Source: Salpingoeca rosetta
Taxonomy: Eukaryota; Protista; Choanoflagellata
Length of the DNA: 52,960 nt
Assembly: GCA_033442325.1 (NCBI GenBank)
Contig: JAWQFM010000026.1
Location: 740,228 to 793,187, forward strand
Direction: 5' to 3'
A model generated the notes under the pieces. That model was not told the origin of the DNA. It ran no database searches and saw only the letters and a list, made by a program, of their open reading frames with translations. The position numbers and the translations under genes were made by a program. Below are positions 33,583 through 52,960 of the stretch, one piece after another; position 1 is the stretch's first letter, and every line of letters begins with the position of its first letter.

Positions 33583-34142
33583 CTTTGGGGGTGGCGGGCG
33601 GTTGCGAAGCAGGCAATTGGATCGAAACAAAAAGAGAGGGAGCGGGGACGGAAGAAAACAAATGACAACACGTGTGGTGGTAGTGGACACGGTGAGGGAG
33701 AGGTGGCTAGCCACGCGATGACGGTTTGGTTGGTGGCAGTTTGGGGATAAGGGAGATGGGAGGGCGAAGGGATGAATGAATGATGGAAAGGGTGAGTCGC
33801 AGCGACGCAACCAGCAGAGCGGATTGCTCGATATTGGGGTGTGTGTGCGACAACTCGTTTGTCTTTGAGTTTTGCGGTGCTTCCGCCAATCGAAGGAGCA
33901 GTCGCACATTGTGCTGCTTCGATTTTCGCAATATCTTCCTGCGATTCCACTGCGGTAGCGTTGATGCGACAGGCGACATACAGAAATGTGGCAGTTTCAA
34001 CAAAGCGACAAAACGCAAAAAATAAAACAAAACAAAAAAAACGGCAAAGCAAGAGAGAGAAAGAGAGGACAGCAGTGGACGCACAGTCAGCAGTGGACGC
34101 CGGGTCAGGAGCGTCAGCAGCAGCGTTGTTGTTTTTATCATC

Positions 34143-35383
34143 ATGGGTGCTGTGCTTGGTGTTGGGGATGCGACACGGGCGCATGTCACTGGCAGTGCGG
34201 TGACGGTGATTGTTGGCGGCTTGCTATATGCCAACTTGCTGGTGTGGCAATCCTACCTGCAGGTCGTCTTTTGGGCGTTCCTGCTGTCGCAGGCCCTGCG
34301 CCCTCTCAAATCGGCAGTGGTGCGTGAGTGTGTGTGTGTGTTGCGTATTGTATCTTGTGTATTGTGTGTGTGTGTGTGTGTACTGTGTTGGGTGCTGCGT
34401 GTGTGTTGTGTACGATGTGTATGGGTGTTTTTGTGTGCGTTTGGCAGCTGCTTCAGCTGGGATACAGCAACGCGCGTTGCCACCTCCTCCCCTTGGTTGT
34501 GGTTTGCCGCCCACGCGAACATGCATTCAGACTCACGCGCACACACATGCACTCAAACACACGCACTCAATACGCAGCTGGAAACCATTGGTGATCTCAG
34601 ACAGAAGGACGTTCCCGAGGATGATCGGTCAGTCGCCGTGTCGCTCTGCATTGCTGCTGCTGCTGCTGTATGTGTGAGATTGTCACAATGCATTGAACCA
34701 AGGCCGAATCTTTGTCTCATCTGTTCATGCACACGCACATACTCACATTCACACCCACACATACATGCACACACTCACATACATACACGCGCGCGCATCC
34801 ACGCACACTCTCACTCACACCCTCTCTCACTCACATGTCGCTCCGCAGGCTGTCACTGTTGGACGCATTCCACGAGTTTGTGCTGCAACGCATGTGGCAG
34901 AACGCTGCTGAAGGCTACAACGACCGCCACAGACGCCACGCCATCCTCGGCGCGCTTGTCAACAACAGGTGCTGGTTGAGTGAAGGAGGCGCGGGGGTGG
35001 CGTGCGTGCGTGTGTACGTGTGTGTACGTGAGTGTGTTGTGTGAGAGGGAGTGCTACCTCTCTTCACTCTGGCATGTTTCACGCAACTAAGCGCAGTTGC
35101 GCTGAGGCGAGTGTTCTCTTCGTTGTGTCCTTTGATGGCTGTCTCTCTCTGTCTGGCTGTCTGACTGGCTGGCTGGCTGGCTGTCTCTCACGCTCTACTC
35201 TCCTCTTCCTCCTCCTCCTCTCTCTCTCTGTCTCTCTGTCTCTCTGTCTCTCTCCTCTCTTGTGCACTACATGCAGCTTCATCTTCTTTGGATTTGTGCT
35301 GCTGTTGATCACGTGGCACAACAGCATGGGCCCGGTGCAAGTTGCAAGCGGTCTCTTCATCCTCGCTACAACAGGCAAGCTGT

Positions 35384-35431
<48 letters not shown>

Positions 35432-37392
35432 GTGCGTGTGTGCGTGTGCATGTGTGTGTATGCGTGTGTGGGCTGCTTCAGCCTTCGGTTGTCGTAGCTG
35501 TTGAGATATCACCACCCTCATTGCTGCTGTGTTGTGGGACACGCGAATGCGGTGCAGTGTATGTGGCTGCGCGGGTGTTGGATCGTCACCTCCTCAATCT
35601 TCATCGCCTCTTCCTCACAGACAACGCCCTGGTACTTGAAATGTGATGTGATGTGGTGTAATGTGGTGTAAACTGCTGAGTGTTTGGTATGAGCATCGTC
35701 ATCCCCAGCACCCCATGCCCTCTCATTCCTTCATTCTACTGCCATGCCTTGCTAACGCGTCTCTGCTCCACCATTCTTGCTTACTGCCAATCGCCAACCA
35801 CCAATCAATCAAATCAATCACGGACCACGCATCACCCGTCACCCATCGCGACAGGTGACGCTAACGCTGACGTTCGGCTCTGTGTTTATGGTCGGGTTTG
35901 TTATTTTCTTTCTTGGCATCGCCTCCCTTTCCGAGGGCATACACGCTGTCGACGAAACCTATATCTGGGTCACCGCCTACATTCACGGTGTGTGTGTGTG
36001 TGTGTGTGTGTAAGTGCGTGTGTGCATGTGTGCGTGTGTGCATGTGTGCATGTGTGCGTGTGTGCGTGTGTGTACGTGTGTGTTCATGTGTGTGTGTCTT
36101 TGTGTGTGTGCGTGTGTCGGCGCATGTGACACCTCCCCAACTACGTTCCATCCCTTGTTGTATCGTGCTCCAATAGCGCCTAACATCACGTGCACACTGC
36201 TGCCCTGCACCGTCATCACCAATCACGAACCACTTGCAAGAGAACAACGAGTACATGCAGAGCTCGTGGTCACATCTCTCCAGCACCGCATACACCGCCT
36301 ACCAGGACGTATGTCACTGAGATGAAGTTGAGTGCGCGTGATTGTGCGCGGTGCTGTGAAGCCGTGTACGTGGCATTGGTGTGGTCCTTTGCATGCATTG
36401 TTTGATGGTGTTGCGGTTGCAACTTTGGGCAATTCTCTCACACACCTCTCACATATCTGCTCACACACTCCACCTGCCGTCTTGCCTCCAGTATGTCAAG
36501 GAGAATTTCAACAACACGGAATGGTGGGTGGAAATGAAAACGAAAACTATGTATGCGTGTGTCTGTAGCATAGAGGCCTGTCAATGCTACGTAGCAACAT
36601 GCTAAGGACTTCTTTGTCTGTGTGTGTGTGTGTGTCTCTCACTCACACACACATCCTCATGGTGGCAGGTGGCCTGCGGTTGAGAATGTGGAGCGGGCGA
36701 TATTGGAGGAGCAGAACATTACGCAAGCCATCGAGGGCAGCAGGGAATACCTGGACGATCTTTACGGCGCCGAGCCCTGGTGGTGCGCCTTCTACACTGT
36801 CCTGTGACGTGATGTAATGTAGTGTGTTGTGTAACACATGCGAGTGCGTGCAGTGCGTCAGCCGTACGAGCACCCGATACCATGTCACCATCGCATCTGT
36901 TTCGTCTTCTTTCTTGCTTGCACGCCCGTACATGCGATTCCACCCTATTGTGTGCGTGCAGGGGCGTGGTGGACCGGGTGGTTGAGCTTGGCATCCGCCA
37001 GCAAGGATCAGCCCACGATCAGGCAAAAGGATTCTTCAACGACATGCTCGAGGTGCTGTGGTGCTCGCGTGTGCGTGTGCGTATGCGTGTGTGTGTGCGT
37101 GCTCGTGCGTGTGCTCGTGTGTGTGTATGCAAGTGCGTGTGTGTGTGTCTGCGTGTGCAAGCGATTGCCGTTTGCTTGTCATTGTACCATTCCTTCATCG
37201 CCTCGTCCTCACGTCACACACACACGTGAATACAGAACATTGATGTCCTTCAGCACATGGGCACGCATCTCCTCTCGCAGATCTCAAACCCGGCGCAACT
37301 CGCCTTCAATGTGTGTGTCTGTGTAAATGCGTTTGCATGATCTTCCTTGTGTGTGTGTGTGTGTCTGTGTAAATGCGTTTGCATGATCTTCC

Positions 37393-37424
<32 letters not shown>

Positions 37425-37685
37425 ATTCGTCTGCATCATGCACATTCCCCCACTGCTCATTCCGCAACAACACGCCACCACCCACCACCACATCACGTGT
37501 CGTTCGTCCAAGGTGATGTTCCGCATGTCGAGTGCCATCAGCGCCGTCAGCACATTTGGATCGCAGGTGAGACGTTGCGACGTGTGGTGGTGTTTGGTGA
37601 TGCGTGTTGGTGATGGCGACAGTGGAACGTGGTGACTGGCGCTGCTGTTGCAGACACCCACACAGTGCTCGTCGCTTCCCCACCG

Positions 37686-37764
<79 letters not shown>

Positions 37765-38745
37765 ACACCCAGCTGCTTGTGTTTGGGATCTTCTTCTATG
37801 AGTTTACGGCGGCCGACGACGACCTCCTGTCCACAATCATCCACGTGCTCGTCCCGGCCTCGCGACACACGCGCAACCTCGTCATCAGAAACTGCCAGAT
37901 GGTGTGCCTCCCCCCCCCCTTGCCGCATGTCTTGTGTGCCGTCGCTCGTACGTGTACATGGACCTGTTTGTTTGTGTGTGTGCCTGCGTGAGCGTCACTG
38001 CCAGAGTACTGATATCTTGCATGCGTGTGCGTTTCACGCGTCCATCGATGTTGTGGGCGCCGCCCTCCCCTCTCACCACATCCGACCACCATCACTCACC
38101 ACCCCATCATCACTCCCATGATCACTGCCACGATCACGGCTACAGGTGATCTCGGCCGCGTTCTTCATCCCGCTGTCCCTGGCGTCGCTGCACGCGCTGA
38201 CGACCCTCGTCATGACCACTGTCCTCGGCATCCGCTTCCGCTTCTTCGCCACGTTCCTCAGCTTTGTCGTCACGCTCGTCCCCATTACAGACCCGCTCGT
38301 TGTGCCCATTGTTTGGGCAGTTGCCCCAATCATCCACGTCACCATCAGTGAGTCGCTCGTGTGTATGTGTGTGTGTGTGTGTGTCTGCGTCTGTGTGTCT
38401 GTGTCTGTGTCTGTGTGTGTATCTCTGTCTCTGTCTCTGTGCGTGTCTGTGTTCTTGTGCTGTGTTCTTGTGCTGTGCTTTTGTCCAGCATCGTCTCATG
38501 ATCAAGCATCCAACAACGCACCATGCCCATCCCTCTAACAACGCACCATCGCTTCTTCTGCGACAGCGTCGACGGGCCTGACATCGCTTGTCAAGGCCGT
38601 CGTGTTCCTGCTTGTGTGCGTGTACACGTACAGCTACGCAAACCGCCTTGTGTTGGAACAGCAGCGCGTGCAGGTTCGAAGACGAGGAGGTGGTGAAAGG
38701 GCGCCAGGAGGGGGGTTGAGTATGTGTGGAGAAAGCTGTGTGTGG

Positions 38746-38793
<48 letters not shown>

Positions 38794-39417
38794 ACGTGTG
38801 CGTGTGTGAGTGCTTGTGAGCGCGTATGAATGTGTTTGCACACACATACACATATGCACATACATTTCGACGCACGCACTGCCGTGATGCATTCACGCAT
38901 CGCTCTGCTTGTGCATCCCGTGAGGACCGCAGGAAGTGACAGGCAATCCTGTGCTGACGCTGTTCAGCGTCCTGTTGGGCTGCTACGCGTTTGGCATTGC
39001 CGGCTTTATTCTCGGCCCGCTCGCCCTATATCTCCTCATGATGGTTGTCAGGCTGGTGAGTCGGGTGAAACTGTGTGCTGAGTGTGTGTGATTGTGTTGG
39101 GAGAAATTTGTGTGTGTGTGTGTGTGTGTTTGCACGACCTGATGTGGTTCTTACGCCGACACACACACACGCACGCACACACACACACAAACACGCACAC
39201 ACACACAAACACACGCACACACAAACACACGCATGCGCACGCACACGCACACATGCGCACGCACGTGTCTGTGCAGTGTGCGCGTGCGACGTTTGAGATG
39301 GACGCGATGGAGGCGGATGTGCGGGAAACGGCGGGGACGACCACACCGCCATCAGCAACAGCATCACGGTCAACATCACGCTCGTCGCTGTTTGCACGGG
39401 CGAGCGAGCGGACGTAG
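34143..39417 (+). CDS. TMEM245: Multi-pass membrane protein, TMEM245/AI-2E-like; many exons, start codon uncertain
   Basis: N-terminal [25 protein letters not shown]. Several hydrophobic exons (~35277-35374, ~35854-35987, ~38146-38347). C-terminal [26 protein letters not shown] matches the AI-2E/TMEM245 signature (P..T...V.GG...G..G.I.GP). TAG at 39415-39417. Confidence 0.75.
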
Positions 39418-39803
39418 GGTGGTGGTGGGAAAGAGCCAGAGGGATTGAGTGGGGGACGCTTGTGGATGGATGTGGTTACGCAGGAAGATGTGGCATATGG
39501 GTGCATGGATGGATGTGGAAGGTGTGATGCTGAAAAGGGTAGTTTGATTGAAGTCACTTGACACACGTGATCCGTTTAAATACATTACATTATGTTAACG
39601 GGACGGAAGCAAGCAAGCAAGGCGCATGTTCGTTTCCTGAGTCGAAACACAAACCAACACAAATCACACATACACCACAGTCACACACAAACACACGCAT
39701 ACATGCACGCTACATACACACATACACATACACACATACACATACACACAAACACACATACACATACACACAAACACACATACACATACACGCACACAAA
39801 ATG

Positions 39804-44876
<5,073 letters not shown>

Positions 44877-44953
44877 GACTTTCAAAGGCACCGTGATGAT
44901 GACGGTCTGAGAGCTGATGCAGACACATACAAGACGCTAGCGACGCTCATTCA

Positions 44954-45002
<49 letters not shown>

Positions 45003-45076
45003 AGAGGGAGAGGGAGGGGGAGAGAGAGGACACAGCACACACAACACACGCACACACACGCACACACACACACACA

Positions 45077-45140
<64 letters not shown>

Positions 45141-45208
45141 AACGTTGTCTTGTTCCGCTGGCCTGCGGAAGTTTTGTGAGCATTTTCGTTGAATTTTCTA
45201 CAACCGAG
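44877..45208. promoter_or_regulatory. Short divergent intergenic region ITFG2/LIN9 with (GA)n, (CA)n and (CT)n tracts
   Basis: About 330 bp between divergent ATGs; promoter role inferred. Confidence 0.45.
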
Positions 45209-51393
<6,185 letters not shown>

Positions 51394-51560
51394 TGCGCCC
51401 TGCGCAGTTTACGTGTGTGTGTGAAAGAGGGATTTCGCTGTTGCCCACACCACCCACCACCGCCTTGCGTCGTTACTTTCACTGCCCTCTTGTTCTGGTT
51501 CTGGTTCCGTGGCTGAGTGTTCATGCTGTGTCGTGTCATCCACAGTAAAAGCCCGCCAAC

Positions 51561-51647
<87 letters not shown>

Positions 51648-51868
51648 TACACCCCCAACATACGAATTTTGGCGCGGCAAATCCCGACAGCATAAAATTA
51701 CTCTGGTTCACTCTTCCTTGTTTTGTTTGTTGTTTTCCCCGCCGTCATTCTTGACAACAACACCTCCCCCCCCCTCTTCCTTACACCCCCGCCTCCCCCA
51801 ATACACAAACACACACACACACACACACATACGCACGCATACACATACAAACATACGCACCGTCCATC

Positions 51869-52574
51869 ATGATGTCCTCTTCGAGCAGCCTGCCGAGGTA
51901 CACGCGGAGTGTGGTACTTGATGTGTGATGCGAGTTAACGCTATCTTCGTTCCGGCTGCTGCTGTTGCCGTCAACTTCTGTGACAGTGTGTGTGTGTGTG
52001 TGTGCGTGTTTCACAGAACTCACTCACAACGCTGCTATGCACTCGTTTTGGCGCGATGCACCTTTTACTGCTCAGTGTGCACAAGAACTCGGCCACGCCC
52101 TCGTCTAGGAAGAACAGCATCATCTTTGAGGACGACGAGTTCCCAGACAAGGTTGTTGTTGTTTGAGTTGTTGTTGTTGTGTTGTTATTGTTTCGGTACG
52201 TGTTTGCACAACTATACTCCACCACCCGCCTCACACCCAGCCCACGCTACATGACGTGCAGCTGCCTGATATTAAGCTGGGCAGCGGAGACAGAACAAGG
52301 CGACGGCCAACACGCGGGTCATTCACAGTCCCCAAGCCCTTCAAAGTCGCAAACGTACGTACACAAGCACGTTTCGATGCCTGCTTTGCTATGGCTGGCT
52401 GAGCAGGCGCCCGTGCCCACTGATGAAGAGCACTCACATTTCGTCTCTTGCTTGCTGATGTGCACAGCGCCGGTTGTCTGTGCGCGAGCAAGAGTTCTTA
52501 AAGGAGCAGGAGATTATCCGCAAGAACCGGCAGCAACTCGACGACATCTGGCGCCTTGGCATTGAGATGGAAAG
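51869..52574 (+). CDS. 5' part of an unidentified gene running off the window (basic, FTVPKPF motif, coiled coil)
   Basis: Phase-consistent exons 51869-51897, 52076-52151, 52262-52354, 52468-52574 give MMSSSSSLPSVHKNSATPSSRKNSIIFEDDEFPDKLPDIKLG..GSFTVPKPFKVANRRLSVREQEFLKEQEIIRKN. Confidence 0.6.
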
Positions 52575-52608
52575 GTGTGCGAAACATGCGCGTGCAAATG
52601 TGTACGTC

Positions 52609-52639
<31 letters not shown>

Positions 52640-52733
52640 GTGCGTGTGTGTATCGAAGACTGAAAGACACTGCGTGTAGGTTCTTTTCCTTCGTGCTCAT
52701 GCACACACCTCCTGCCATGAAATCGTTTCCCCC

Positions 52734-52960
<227 letters not shown>

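Noticed and set aside
33780-34025. 81-aa ORF as the first exon of TMEM245
   Set aside because: No convincing splice connection; ATG 34143 already precedes the conserved N-terminal region.
37311-37410. ~50-bp tandem duplication (also repeats at 8810-8900)
   Set aside because: Intronic slippage between TG tracts with no sign of function.

Overview
Eukaryotic, intron-rich, GC-rich genomic DNA whose introns are packed with (GT)n/(CA)n/(CT)n/(CAA)n microsatellites. Together with an animal-type receptor tyrosine kinase, this suggests a unicellular holozoan, most likely a choanoflagellate such as Salpingoeca (inference). Most ORFs in the six-frame track are repeat artefacts. Manual GT-AG splicing gives about 12 genes: (1) a 5'-truncated EGF/FN3 receptor tyrosine kinase (+); (2) MGAT2 (+); (3) a ~929-aa secreted protein resembling dermatan-sulfate epimerase DSE/DSEL (-), head-to-head (~180 bp) with (4) a CHST-like Golgi sulfotransferase (+); (5) a TIR-SAM-LRR-Roc-COR (ROCO) protein (-); (6) homocysteine S-methyltransferase (+); (7) a signal-anchored TTL-family ATP-grasp ligase (-); (8) a three-exon 51-aa microprotein (-); (9) TMEM245-like (+); (10) ITFG2 (-); (11) LIN9 (+); (12) the start of an unidentified gene. 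The most interesting signals are the divergent epimerase-like/sulfotransferase pair, which is a split version of the animal DSEL fusion, the TIR-SAM-LRR-ROCO receptor with one LRR per 84-nt exon, and the apparently luminal TTL-like ligase. Comparisons to human proteins are from recalled sequences and need confirming by alignment.
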